This document shows, piece after piece, positions 30,501 through 38,773 of a DNA stretch of 64,000 nt; position 1 is the stretch's first letter, and each line of letters begins with the position of its first letter. The notes beneath the pieces are model-generated. The model had not been told where the DNA came from, made no database searches, and saw only the letters and a list, made by a program, of their open reading frames with translations. The stretch comes from a bacterium. Lineage in GTDB: Bacteria; Omnitrophota; Gorgyraeia; Aquiviventales; Aquiviventaceae. The position numbers and the translations under genes were made by a program. The stretch lies in contig DASWKB010000038.1 in the NCBI GenBank assembly GCA_036396895.1, forward strand, positions 13,145 to 77,144. Direction: 5' to 3'.

Positions 30501-31161
30501 TGTGCGCCGTGCCCCGGATGACCGGCCGGTCCGGAGTGAGCGCGCGGGCTCGGAACGCGCGAACCAAGTCGTCGTCGATCAGGGCCCGGAGATCCTCGGG
30601 GGCGAGCCGTTCGACCTTCATGACCTCGTGCGAGGTCCTGAATCCGTCGAAGAAATGCACCGCGGGCACGCGGGACTTGAGCGCGGCCGCGTGGCTCACC
30701 AAGGCGAGGTCCATCGCCGCCTGCACGGAGCTGGAGGCGAGCATGGCGAACCCGGTCGCGCGCGCGGCCATCACGTCGCTGTGGTCGCCGAAGATCGACA
30801 GCGCCTGGGTCGCGATGGACCGGGACGCGACGTGAAACACCGTCGGGAGCAGCTCCCCGGCGATCTTGTACATGTTCGGGATCATGAGGAGCAGGCCCTG
30901 CGAGGCGGTGAACGTCGTGGTCAGTGAGCCCGCCTGGAGGGCGCCGTGCACCGCCCCCGCGGCTCCGCCTTCGCTCTGCATCTCTTCAACCGAGGGAGGA
31001 ACCCCCCACAGGTTCGGCCTGCCCTGGGTCGCCCACTGATCCGCCCATTCCCCCATGGTCGAAGAGGGGGTGATGGGATAGATCGCGATCACCTCGCTGA
31101 GTTGATAGGCGATCTCGGCAACCGCCTGGTTGGCATCGAGCGTCACGCTCGGGCGTGGCAT
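27580..31161 (-). CDS. nifJ: Pyruvate:ferredoxin (flavodoxin) oxidoreductase, single-polypeptide NifJ/PFOR type
   Basis: 1193 aa with ferredoxin-like [12 protein letters not shown] and the TPP motif [16 protein letters not shown]. Confidence 0.9.
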   Translation of the reverse strand: MPRPSVTLDANQAVAEIAYQLSEVIAIYPITPSSTMGEWADQWATQGRPNLWGVPPSVEEMQSEGGAAGAVHGALQAGSLTTTFTASQGLLLMIPNMYKIAGELLPTVFHVASRSIATQALSIFGDHSDVMAARATGFAMLASSSVQAAMDLALVSHAAALKSRVPAVHFFDGFRTSHEVMKVERLAPEDLRALIDDDLVRAFRARALTPDRPVIRGTAHNPDVHFQAREASNPYYLACPAIVQGAMDALGRLTGRRYHLFDYLGAPDAEHVVVLMGSSAETAQETVEYLTARGARVGLINVRLYRPFSVEHFIAALPPTVTAIGVLDRTKEPGSAGEPLYLDVVAAVQEAVSAGRAPFRTHPKIIGGRYGLSSKEFTPAMLTGVFDQLSSASPKNHFTVGIVDDVTMTSLAYDPEVSTEDADTHRAIFYGLGSDGTVGANKNSIKIIGEGTPFYAQGYFVYDSKKSGSMTVSHLRFGSRPIRSAYLITQASVVACHQFSFLERFDVLSVARSEATFLLNSPYGPGEVWAHLPRPVQRQIIEKRLRVFVIDGYRVAQEAGMGRRINTVMQTCFFAISGVLPREEAITAIKASIQKTYGKRGEAVVQKNFAAVDHALEHLHEVAVPAEADGALELLPPVPAQAPEFVKSVLGRMIVGQGDQLPVSALPDDGTYPTGTARWEKRNIALQIPVWDETLCVQCGKCVLVCPHAVIRGKVYPADRLQGAPETFKSAPARWREFGGRRYTLQVAPEDCTGCALCVEVCPVKSKREVRHKAINMHPQEPLRTAERDNWEFFLSLPEADREALALAQVKDVQLLPPLFEFSGACAGCGETPYLKLLSQLFGDRAMIANATGCSSIYGGNLPTTPWTANGDGRGPAWANSLFEDNAEFGLGMRLALDAQGAYAKRLLVKLGDIVGEELVDSILNADQSSETGLRAQRQRVARLKERLRGLAEQEGADLERLADVLVKKTVWIVGGDGWAYDIGYGGLDHVLASGHNVNVLVLDTEVYSNTGGQMSKATPRAGVAKFAASGKQMPKKDLALMALSYGHVYVAQVAMGASDMQTLRAFLEAEAYDGPSLIIAYSHCIAHGYDLVHGMDQQKAAVQSGHWPLFRYHPARPGDGKHPLLIDSGPPSIPLENYIYNETRYTMLAHSNPEEAKRLLELAQEDVRVRWRRYQHLASSAVTDAPPEAPHA

Positions 31162-31247
31162 CGCGTCCCCTCCCTTGTCTCGTCCCCTGCAGCGTCCGAT
31201 CTGACGTCCTGAGCTTACCTATGAGATACCTGAATATACCGCCGCCT

Positions 31248-31267
31248 TCTATGATGGCTGTCATAGA
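31248..31267. promoter_or_regulatory. Inverted repeat TCTATGA-N6-TCATAGA about 90 bp upstream of the PFOR start, in a locally AT-richer region
   Basis: tctatgatggctgtcataga. It shares the CTATGA half-site with the palindrome upstream of the Crp/Fnr gene at 36328. Confidence 0.35.
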
Positions 31268-31394
31268 GGATTCCTGCATTGGAGGCATAAACGTACCGTG
31301 AGAAAGCGAGATAGTTCCATCAAATGGGCTTGGCTATGACCTGGCGCATACCGTATTGAAACGGGACCGCACTGTCTCGGAGGCCGCTGGCGGG

Positions 31395-32057
31395 TTAGAG
31401 ACGGATTTTCCCTGACAGCAAGAGAAGCTGCCGGTCGTCCCAATCCGCGCCGCGCCGGATGCTCTGGATGCCCCAGGCGAGCGTAGCGGAGAGTTGCTTG
31501 GTGAGGGAGGTCTGGAGGCCCGCGAAGAGGCGATTCTGGTTCCAGCCCCCGTGGGGGGTCTCGAAGAAGGGTTCCTCGCTCGCACACACCGCGAGCCGGC
31601 CGTCGGTGCCCGGCAGCGTGTACACCGCTTGAATGCGGTTGCGGTAGCGCCACTTCACGTCATCGGAGGCGCCTTCGATCACGCGGATCTCCAGGCGCGC
31701 CCGGTTCTCGAACTTCACGGGGCCGACGGCGACGTGCGGAATCAGATCAAACATCGGCCGGTGCTCGTCGCGCCAATGGCCGTCTTGGCCCTTCTCCTGC
31801 ATGTAGCTGTAGACCGCTCCGGCCCTGAGATGCGGCAGCACCTGGACGGCGGCGCTCCCCTCCCAGTAGACGAAGAAGATCTCCCGCATGTCGTCCCGGT
31901 ACCGGGTCTGCTCGACCAGGGTCCCCGAGACCCGGCCGCGCGTGAAGAGCGGCCACACGGTTTCCTGCCACAGGTGCCAGTCGTCCGATGCCCGGACGGC
32001 CGGCGTCACCGCGAGACTCCCGAGCACGAGCACGCATGCGAGACCGAAACGGGACAC
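31395..32057 (-). CDS. Secreted hypothetical protein (signal peptide)
   Basis: MSRFGLACVLVLGSLAVTPAVRA signal peptide, 220 aa, no recognisable motif. Confidence 0.45.
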   Translation of the reverse strand: MSRFGLACVLVLGSLAVTPAVRASDDWHLWQETVWPLFTRGRVSGTLVEQTRYRDDMREIFFVYWEGSAAVQVLPHLRAGAVYSYMQEKGQDGHWRDEHRPMFDLIPHVAVGPVKFENRARLEIRVIEGASDDVKWRYRNRIQAVYTLPGTDGRLAVCASEEPFFETPHGGWNQNRLFAGLQTSLTKQLSATLAWGIQSIRRGADWDDRQLLLLSGKIRL

Positions 32058-32125
32058 GAATCCTCCTCAGCTCAGTGAACAGTGAACAGGCAAAAGCCAA
32101 AAGGCAAACGCACAAGTGACAAGGA

Positions 32126-32467
32126 TCATTCGTGTGACGTTCGACGTTCGTCCCTTTGGTCCACCAACCGGATCGTCTCCACGATCAACGGCAGATACCG
32201 GTCGAGACAGCAGTCGGCGCGGCTGCGGACCTCGCACGCATCGTCGGCCCGGCGGTGCTCGCACCGTGAACAGATCCGCGCGCGGACGGCGGCCTCGTAC
32301 GCCGGTCCGGAGGCCCCGCCGACCTCGCGCACCAGTTCCACCAGCGCGGGAATCCACGCGGCCATCCGGCACGTGTCCGGATCCTCGCAGGAGAGCTGCC
32401 GGTCGAGGCAGACCCCGTGGACGTGCGCCCGAAGCGCGTCCCGATAGTGCTGCCAGGGATCCGTCAT
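32126..32467 (-). CDS. Small Cys-rich hypothetical protein (8 Cys), translationally coupled to pckA
   Basis: MTDPWQHYRDALRAHVHGVCLDRQLSCEDPDTC…ICSRCEHRRADDACE…CCLDRY. The ATGA overlap places its start on the pckA stop. Confidence 0.4.
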   Translation of the reverse strand: MTDPWQHYRDALRAHVHGVCLDRQLSCEDPDTCRMAAWIPALVELVREVGGASGPAYEAAVRARICSRCEHRRADDACEVRSRADCCLDRYLPLIVETIRLVDQRDERRTSHE

Positions 32468-34146
32468 GGGCCTCCTCCCGGCGATGAAGACGCGGCGCGC
32501 GCGCCGACCGCGCCGTCTTCCGGCGCGGCCTGCCGGACGTCCGGCGGCACCCGCCCGTCGAACTGCGCGAAATTCTTCCGGAATCGCTGCGCCAGCTCGC
32601 GCGCCTTCGCGTCGTACGCGGACGGGTCCTGCCACGTGCGGCGCGGGTCGAGGACGGTCTCCGGCACGTCCGGGCATCGCGCGACCGCGTCCATGCCGAA
32701 CACCGGGTCACGCCGCGTCGGAGCCTCATCGAGCGCGCCGCCGAGCGCCGCGTCGATGATCGCCCTGGTCAGCTCGATCTTGATCCGCTTGCCGGCGCCG
32801 TAGGCCCCCCCGCTCCAGCCGGTGTTCACCAGCCAGCAGCGGGTGCGCTGCTCGGCGATCTTGTCCCCGAGCAGCTTCGCGTAGACGATAGGGTCCAGCG
32901 CCATGAACGGCGCGCCGAAACAGGTGCTGAAGGTGGCCTGCGGCTCGGTCACGCCCAGTTCCGTCCCCGCCACCTTCGCGGTGTAGCCGGAGAGAAAATG
33001 GAACATCGCCTGCGCGGGCGTGAGACGGGCGATCGGGGGCAGCACCCCGAACGCGTCGCAGGTGAGCATGATCACGTCGCGCGGATGGCCGCCGCATCCC
33101 GTCCGGCTGGCGTTGGGGATGTAGCAGAGCGGGTAGGCCCCGCGGGTGTTCTCGGTCAGCGAATCATCATCGAGGTCCAGCCGCCGGCTCTCCGGATCGA
33201 GCGCGACGTTCTCCAGCACGGTCCCGAACCGGCGCGTCACGGAGAAGATCTCGGGTTCCGATGCCGCCGAGAGGCGGATCATCTTCGCGTAGCAGCCGCC
33301 TTCGATGTTGAACACGCCGTGATCGCTCCAGCCGTGCTCGTCGTCGCCGATCAGGGTGCGCCGCCGGTCGGCCGAGAGCGTGGTCTTGCCCGTGCCGGAG
33401 AGGCCGAAGAAGACCGCCACCTCCCCGTCGGGGGCGATGTTCGCCGAGCAGTGCATGGAGAGCACGCCTGCGAGCGGCAGGAGGTAGTTCATCAGCGTGA
33501 ACACCGATTTCTTGATCTCGCCCGCGTACCCGGTGCCTCCGATCAGGATCAGCTTCTGTCCGAAGTTCACGACAATGAACGTGGGCGAGTTCGTCCCGTC
33601 GATCTCCGGGTCCGCGCCGAAGGAGGGGGCATGGAGCACCGTGTAGTCCGGCGTGAAGGCGGGATCGAAGCCCGTCCGGTCCTCCACGATGAACATGGTC
33701 CGGGCGAAGAGGCTGTGCCAGGCGCTTTCCGTCATCACCCGGATCGAACGCCGGTAAGCGGGATCCGCCCCGGCCGCGCAGTCCTGGATGAAGAGGTCTT
33801 TCCCCCGCAGCGAGGACAGCATGCGCCGGTGGAGCCGGGCGAACCGGGCCGAGGACATGGCGCGGTTGACCGGTCCCCACCACACGTGGGACTCGCTGGA
33901 CGGCTCGCGCACGACGTACTTGTCGTTCGGCGAGCGCCCGGTGTGCTGGCCGGTCCGGACCACCAGCGCTCCGCCACGGGCGACCGACCCTTCGCGCCGG
34001 CGGATCGCTTCCTCGTACAACGCCGAGGTCGAGAAGTTCCACGACACCTGCCCGGCCCGGGTCAGGCCGTGGCGGGCGAGCTCGCGGGCGGGCGAAGACT
34101 CCGGGGAGGATTCAGGCGAGCGGGCACGGGTTCGGCGCTGCGGCAT
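32464..34146 (-). CDS. pckA: Phosphoenolpyruvate carboxykinase (ATP)
   Basis: RSPNDKYVVRE, Walker A FFGLSGTGKTTLS, and overall PckA collinearity. The ORF in the track carries an N-terminal extension. Confidence 0.9.
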   Translation of the reverse strand: MPQRRTRARSPESSPESSPARELARHGLTRAGQVSWNFSTSALYEEAIRRREGSVARGGALVVRTGQHTGRSPNDKYVVREPSSESHVWWGPVNRAMSSARFARLHRRMLSSLRGKDLFIQDCAAGADPAYRRSIRVMTESAWHSLFARTMFIVEDRTGFDPAFTPDYTVLHAPSFGADPEIDGTNSPTFIVVNFGQKLILIGGTGYAGEIKKSVFTLMNYLLPLAGVLSMHCSANIAPDGEVAVFFGLSGTGKTTLSADRRRTLIGDDEHGWSDHGVFNIEGGCYAKMIRLSAASEPEIFSVTRRFGTVLENVALDPESRRLDLDDDSLTENTRGAYPLCYIPNASRTGCGGHPRDVIMLTCDAFGVLPPIARLTPAQAMFHFLSGYTAKVAGTELGVTEPQATFSTCFGAPFMALDPIVYAKLLGDKIAEQRTRCWLVNTGWSGGAYGAGKRIKIELTRAIIDAALGGALDEAPTRRDPVFGMDAVARCPDVPETVLDPRRTWQDPSAYDAKARELAQRFRKNFAQFDGRVPPDVRQAAPEDGAVGARAASSSPGGGP

Positions 34147-34202
34147 GATGGGGCTTCCGACTCCTTGCGTTGTGGTGGCTGCGCCCGTCGCCGCGTCAGA
34201 CG

Positions 34203-34673
34203 TCAACGCAGGAGCGCCCGCAGCACATCCATCGAGGTGACAATGCCGGCCAGGGTGCCCTCCCGTCCGACGACGACCCGGTGCACCTGCCGGCGCAGCA
34301 TCACCCGCCCGATGGCGCGCACGCTCGTCTGCTCCCGGACCAGGGGCGAGGCCGGCGCCATGACGTCGCGCACGCGGCGCTCGTCGGCCTCGGGGCCGAG
34401 CGACGGCGGAGGCGCCACGGCCGTGGATTCCTGCGTGAAATAGGCCGCCTCATCCGCGGCGCCGGTCCGGCCAAGCACCAGATCGCGCTGGGACACCGCC
34501 CCGACCAGCCGGCCCTCGGCGTCCACCACCGGCGCGCCGCTGACGCCGTGGTCGAAGAAGACCTGAGCCGCCTCCCGGAGCGTCATGTCCGGGCTCAGCG
34601 CCACGACGTGCCGGCGCATGACATCCCCGGCCCGCAGCTGCACGCCGTCCCGCTTCACCTGGATCCCAGCCAT
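34203..34673 (-). CDS. CBS-domain pair protein
   Basis: Two CBS repeats (…VMRRHVVALSPDMTLREAAQVFFDHGVSGAPVVD…). Confidence 0.65.
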   Translation of the reverse strand: MAGIQVKRDGVQLRAGDVMRRHVVALSPDMTLREAAQVFFDHGVSGAPVVDAEGRLVGAVSQRDLVLGRTGAADEAAYFTQESTAVAPPPSLGPEADERRVRDVMAPASPLVREQTSVRAIGRVMLRRQVHRVVVGREGTLAGIVTSMDVLRALLR

Positions 34674-34702
34674 CGCTCCCGCCGCCCCGCCGCGAGGCGG
34701 GT

Positions 34703-35356
34703 TTACACGCGCACGCGGAACTCGGCGCCCGCGGTTCGCTCGCCGGCGATGTCGCCCTCGAGTTCCCGGATCAGCGTCCGGCAGTCAATCCCGTGCCGCC
34801 AGGCCACCTCGTCGAGGCACACCAGTCCCTCATCCTGAATGTTGATGAACATCCGCCGGAATACCCCTGCGGCTTCCGGATAGGCACGGAGCACCCGGTT
34901 CACGGTCATTCGCTCATCGACGCCGGCCTCCACCGAAGGCTCACCGAACTCCTCCTCGGAGGGGAGCCGCCGTTCAAGTTCCGGAAACAGCATGGCTTCC
35001 TCCTCGTCCATATGCCGGCGCAGCCGCTCGATGAGCGCGAGGAGCCGCGGGCGGATCGCCGCACGTGCTTCTCCCGGTCCCTGGACGAACGCCCGGTTGA
35101 TGGCGCTCAGCAGGCGCGGCTCGCGGCGGTGCGTCACGCCCAGGTGCGCGATCTCATCCGGTTCCAGCGAGGCGCGGCACCGGCTGATGAGCGACTCCTC
35201 CCGCCTGATATGGTCCTTCAACTGGCGCGCGAGCGTGTACACGAGCTCCCTCGCCACGTACCATGCCTGCGGATGCAAGGCAAGCGCGCTCTCGAGGATC
35301 TGAAGTTTCGCGCGCAGCAGCGCGTGCTCGCGCCGCAGGCGCTCCACCGGTTGCAT
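34703..35356 (-). CDS. Hemerythrin HHE cation-binding domain + C-terminal DUF1858 (ScdA_N-like) protein; has the RIC/YtfE domains in reversed order
   Basis: H…HxxxE motifs (RREHALL, KDHIRREE, HMDEEE) and a C-terminal …VLRAYPEAAGVFRRMFI…CLDEVAWRHGID… segment. Confidence 0.6.
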   Translation of the reverse strand: MQPVERLRREHALLRAKLQILESALALHPQAWYVARELVYTLARQLKDHIRREESLISRCRASLEPDEIAHLGVTHRREPRLLSAINRAFVQGPGEARAAIRPRLLALIERLRRHMDEEEAMLFPELERRLPSEEEFGEPSVEAGVDERMTVNRVLRAYPEAAGVFRRMFINIQDEGLVCLDEVAWRHGIDCRTLIRELEGDIAGERTAGAEFRVRV

Positions 35357-35575
35357 CGCGACCTCCCGTCTCCTCCCGCGCCACAGAGACCCGGAGCGTA
35401 CGAGGTTGCGCGCTGTGGTGCTCACATCCTACGTTCGGCCTGCGCACCCTTTCGGCGTCGGCTCGATGATGATGTCCAACTCGCGCTCGAGGGCCGCCAC
35501 GTGGCCCGCCTGGACCTGCGCGCCGACGGCGATCATGATCAGGCGCGCCGGAACCCGGGCGCGCTATGACGCATG

Positions 35576-36271
35576 TCAGCCCCCGGCGCGGACAGTCCCG
35601 TCGCGAGACGCGGTCCGGCCGTTGCCGTCAACCAGATGCCTGAGCTGCTCCGGCGCGAGCACCGTGATCTTGCCGCGGGATGACGTGATCCACCCCTTCC
35701 GCTTCATCGTGGAAAGCGTCCGGATCGAGGTCTCCCAGCGAGTGCCGGCCATCCTGGCCAGCTCGTGGTGCGTCAGCGGAATCGTCACGCCGAAGGTCGT
35801 CCGAAGCCTGAGCAGCACCGAGGCCAGCCGCTGTTCCACGGGCGCCTGCCCGAGACGGATCGTCTCCGCCATGTGGCGCATCCGGTGAATGCAGCTGGTG
35901 ATGACCGCTTCGGCGAACTGCGGATACTGCGAAATGAGCTCGCCGCAGGTGGCGGACGGAATCCGAACCACCTGAGCGTCCGTGGCGGCCAGAGCCCCGG
36001 CGGAGTACGTCCCGCGTTCGAACGCGGAAATGCCGCAGAGCGCCTCGTCCGGCGTCATCGTGAAGATCGTCGCCAGGGATCCCTGGGGGGTGCGCTTCAC
36101 CAGGAACACGACCCCGCGCTTGAGCACCCACACGGCTTCCGCCGGCTGATGCTCCTCGAAGATCATGGCGCCCTTGCCGAACCGTAGACGCTGGCACTCG
36201 GACGCCAACTGCCGGCACACCGGGGACGGCAGAGCTTGAAACAGCGGCACAGAATCGAGCAGATGCTCCAT
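35576..36271 (-). CDS. Crp/Fnr family transcriptional regulator
   Basis: cNMP-binding beta-roll plus a C-terminal HTH (TIPLTHHELARMAGTRWETSIRTLS). Confidence 0.8.
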   Translation of the reverse strand: MEHLLDSVPLFQALPSPVCRQLASECQRLRFGKGAMIFEEHQPAEAVWVLKRGVVFLVKRTPQGSLATIFTMTPDEALCGISAFERGTYSAGALAATDAQVVRIPSATCGELISQYPQFAEAVITSCIHRMRHMAETIRLGQAPVEQRLASVLLRLRTTFGVTIPLTHHELARMAGTRWETSIRTLSTMKRKGWITSSRGKITVLAPEQLRHLVDGNGRTASRDGTVRAGG

Positions 36272-36327
36272 GGCTCCTCCCTCACGGCTTCTGTCAGTAT
36301 CGTACCCCCACCGGAGGGAGAAGTTCT

Positions 36328-36341
36328 ATGACGTACGTCAT
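36328..36341. promoter_or_regulatory. Perfect 14-bp palindrome ATGACGTACGTCAT (5-4-5 spacing as in FNR/FixK-type boxes), about 60 bp upstream of the Crp/Fnr gene
   Basis: Seen directly in the sequence. Candidate autoregulatory operator. Confidence 0.4.
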
Positions 36342-36398
36342 GCGTGGGTAGCGCGGCGCGTCGGAGCGGTCCGGTTTCCTGACAGATGACCCGGGGGC

Positions 36399-37055
36399 TC
36401 AGGAACGGACGAGCTCGCTGAGGTGCTTGGGATGGACGATCGTGGTCTTGCCGCGGACGGACCGGATCCACCCCTGCTGCTTGAAGCGGCTCAAGGTGCG
36501 GATGGCGGTCTCATGCGTCGTGCCCGCCAGCTCGGCCAGCTCGTGGCGGGTCAGCGGAATCGTCTCGCCGAATTTCTTCTGGAGCGTGAGCAAGACTTGC
36601 GCGATGCGCTTTTCTGCTGGCTCGTAGGCGGTGCAGCTCTTGTGCTCGACCTGGCGCAGGCGATCGCAGAACAGGCACAGCGTCTGGCTGGCGAATTCCC
36701 TGGACTTCGCCATGGCCTGGTGGAACATCTCAAGCGGAACCCGGACGAGCGTGCTGTCCACGGCGGCAATGGCATCGACGGGATAGGCCTTGCGGTCCAG
36801 CGTGGAGAGGCAACAGAAGGTCTCCCCGGGGGTCATGACGCACGTGGTGGATGCCCGGCCGTCGGCGAAGAAATTCATCAGGTGGACGCGTCCGGTACGC
36901 ACGACCCAGACCGCGTCGGCCTGCTCGTTCTGCCGGAAGACCGTTTCGCCCTTGGCGAACCCGCGCTCGCGGCTCACGGACGCGACCTGCTGCAACTCCG
37001 CGGGCGTCAAGCGCTTGAACGGATCCACGTTGGCCAGAAATTGCTGCATCATGCC
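36399..37055 (-). CDS. Crp/Fnr family transcriptional regulator (second paralog)
   Basis: From MMQQFLANVDPFKRLT…; has the HTH TIPLTRHELAELAGTTHETAIRTLS. Overlaps the end of ccsA. Confidence 0.8.
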   Translation of the reverse strand, partial: GMMQQFLANVDPFKRLTPAELQQVASVSRERGFAKGETVFRQNEQADAVWVVRTGRVHLMNFFADGRASTTCVMTPGETFCCLSTLDRKAYPVDAIAAVDSTLVRVPLEMFHQAMAKSREFASQTLCLFCDRLRQVEHKSCTAYEPAEKRIAQVLLTLQKKFGETIPLTRHELAELAGTTHETAIRTLSRFKQQGWIRSVRGKTTIVHPKHLSELVRS

Positions 37056-38773
37056 CCTGCTCGGACGCGGCGGGAAGCCATGACGGCGCCCAGGAGCGCG
37101 ATGAACGCCGCTTCTCCGATGGCGTACGCGATCAAGAGCGGCGGGATCGGCTTCGCGTTCCCGCCGGCATAGCTGTGCAGGCCGACCAGATAGAAGCTCA
37201 CACCATAATACGTCATCAAGAGCAGGAAGAATCCCGCGATCGTGGCCATCGCCACGCCGGCCGGCCGCAGCCAGCCGGCGAACCGGCCGTGCAGCACCGC
37301 GATGAACCACAAGAGCGTGATGAGCGCCCAGGTCTCCTTGGGATCCCAGCCCCAGTACCGGCCCCAGGACGCGTTCGCCCAGACCGCCCCGAGCATGATC
37401 CCGGCCGCCAGGAGCACCACGCCGACCTGAATCGTCCGGTAGAGCCACAGATCGAGCGCGGCGAGCGTGGCGTCCTCGCGGCGCGCGAGATACTTCGCGC
37501 CCGCAAAGTGCGCCAGGACCGCCGCCAGCGCCAGCGCGCCGTAGCTCGCCACGATCGTGAGGACGTGCACGGTAAGCCACAGGTTGCTGCGCAGCACGGC
37601 GACGATCGGGGTGATGCTGGAATCCAGCGGCAGATGGTCCGCCAGGATCAGGGTGATGACGGCGAGGATCGACGCCGCCAGCGCGAAGAACCGCACGCGG
37701 TAGCGCCACTCGAACACGAAGGCGAGGACGACCGCGACGAACGGCAGCCAGAGCATGGTCTCGTAGAAGTTCGCCACCGGAGGCCGCTCGGCAAGCACCA
37801 CCCGCGCGACCATGCCGCCCGCGTGGAGGGCCGCCGCCAACGTCATCGCGGCCATCCCGATCGCCGCCGCCCGCCGCGAGCCCGCCGCTGCCGTCGAGGT
37901 GCCGCCGGGTGTGACGCCCGGCGCACCCGCGCGCAGCCCGGCCGCCAGGGCCAGGATCGCCAGGACGTACGCGATGCGGGCGAGCAGGAACGGCTCGAGC
38001 CGGTTGTACCACACCTCGAGCGTGAGGCGCCACTCCGCGGGATACGCGGACGGCTGAAGGTCCCGGAGAGTCCGGCGAAGCGACCGCGCCGATTGCCCAA
38101 GCGCCTCCGCATCGCCGCCTCGCACGGCCTGGACGAAGGAGGCCCATGCGCCGCGGACGGTGTCCCGCGCCTCCGGCGGGTGGCCGGCCGGGTTCAGCAC
38201 GGGCAGCCAGGTCCGCTCAAGCCGCGACGCGGGCGGGACGAGATCGAGCTCCTGTTCAAAGAGGAGATTGAGCGTGACGAAGCGGTCGTACACGTCCATC
38301 GTTTCGTTCTCGGCGATGGTGAGCTTCTCATCGCGCTGCTGCTTCGCCACGATGGGCGGCAACAGCTGCATGAGCCGCCGCGTCGCGATGATCCCGTGGT
38401 AGGAGACGTGCGCGGACTCATCCGGCACCCCCAGCGCGTCGCGCAACGGGCCATACGGCACGGCGATGAGCGGCGCGTCCTGCCAGCGCTCCGGCTCCGC
38501 GATCAAGGAGAGCGTCGTCGCCACCGGGTCCTGCCCCCCCAGGGTCGGCGATCCCGTCAGATGCTTCAGGGTCTCCCAGGCGAAGCTGTCGAAGGGTTTG
38601 TGGCGCCCATGGTGCTGGATGACGATCCGCCGCGCGCCCGAGAGCGCCGCCTCCGGCCAGTCCCGCACGTCGGGCACGTCCCCGGCTGCCTGGACGGCGA
38701 TCCCCGCCGACATGACGAGTCCGCACGCGAGGCCCCAGACGCGCCAGGCGCGCCGCCGAGTGCCGATCATGCG
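37049..38773 (-). CDS. ccsA: Cytochrome c biogenesis protein CcsA/ResC (System II) with a large N-terminal periplasmic domain
   Basis: WWD domain WGRYWGWDPKETWAL and multiple TM helices. Confidence 0.8.
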   Translation of the reverse strand, partial: RMIGTRRRAWRVWGLACGLVMSAGIAVQAAGDVPDVRDWPEAALSGARRIVIQHHGRHKPFDSFAWETLKHLTGSPTLGGQDPVATTLSLIAEPERWQDAPLIAVPYGPLRDALGVPDESAHVSYHGIIATRRLMQLLPPIVAKQQRDEKLTIAENETMDVYDRFVTLNLLFEQELDLVPPASRLERTWLPVLNPAGHPPEARDTVRGAWASFVQAVRGGDAEALGQSARSLRRTLRDLQPSAYPAEWRLTLEVWYNRLEPFLLARIAYVLAILALAAGLRAGAPGVTPGGTSTAAAGSRRAAAIGMAAMTLAAALHAGGMVARVVLAERPPVANFYETMLWLPFVAVVLAFVFEWRYRVRFFALAASILAVITLILADHLPLDSSITPIVAVLRSNLWLTVHVLTIVASYGALALAAVLAHFAGAKYLARREDATLAALDLWLYRTIQVGVVLLAAGIMLGAVWANASWGRYWGWDPKETWALITLLWFIAVLHGRFAGWLRPAGVAMATIAGFFLLLMTYYGVSFYLVGLHSYAGGNAKPIPPLLIAYAIGEAAFIALLGAVMASRRVRAGA

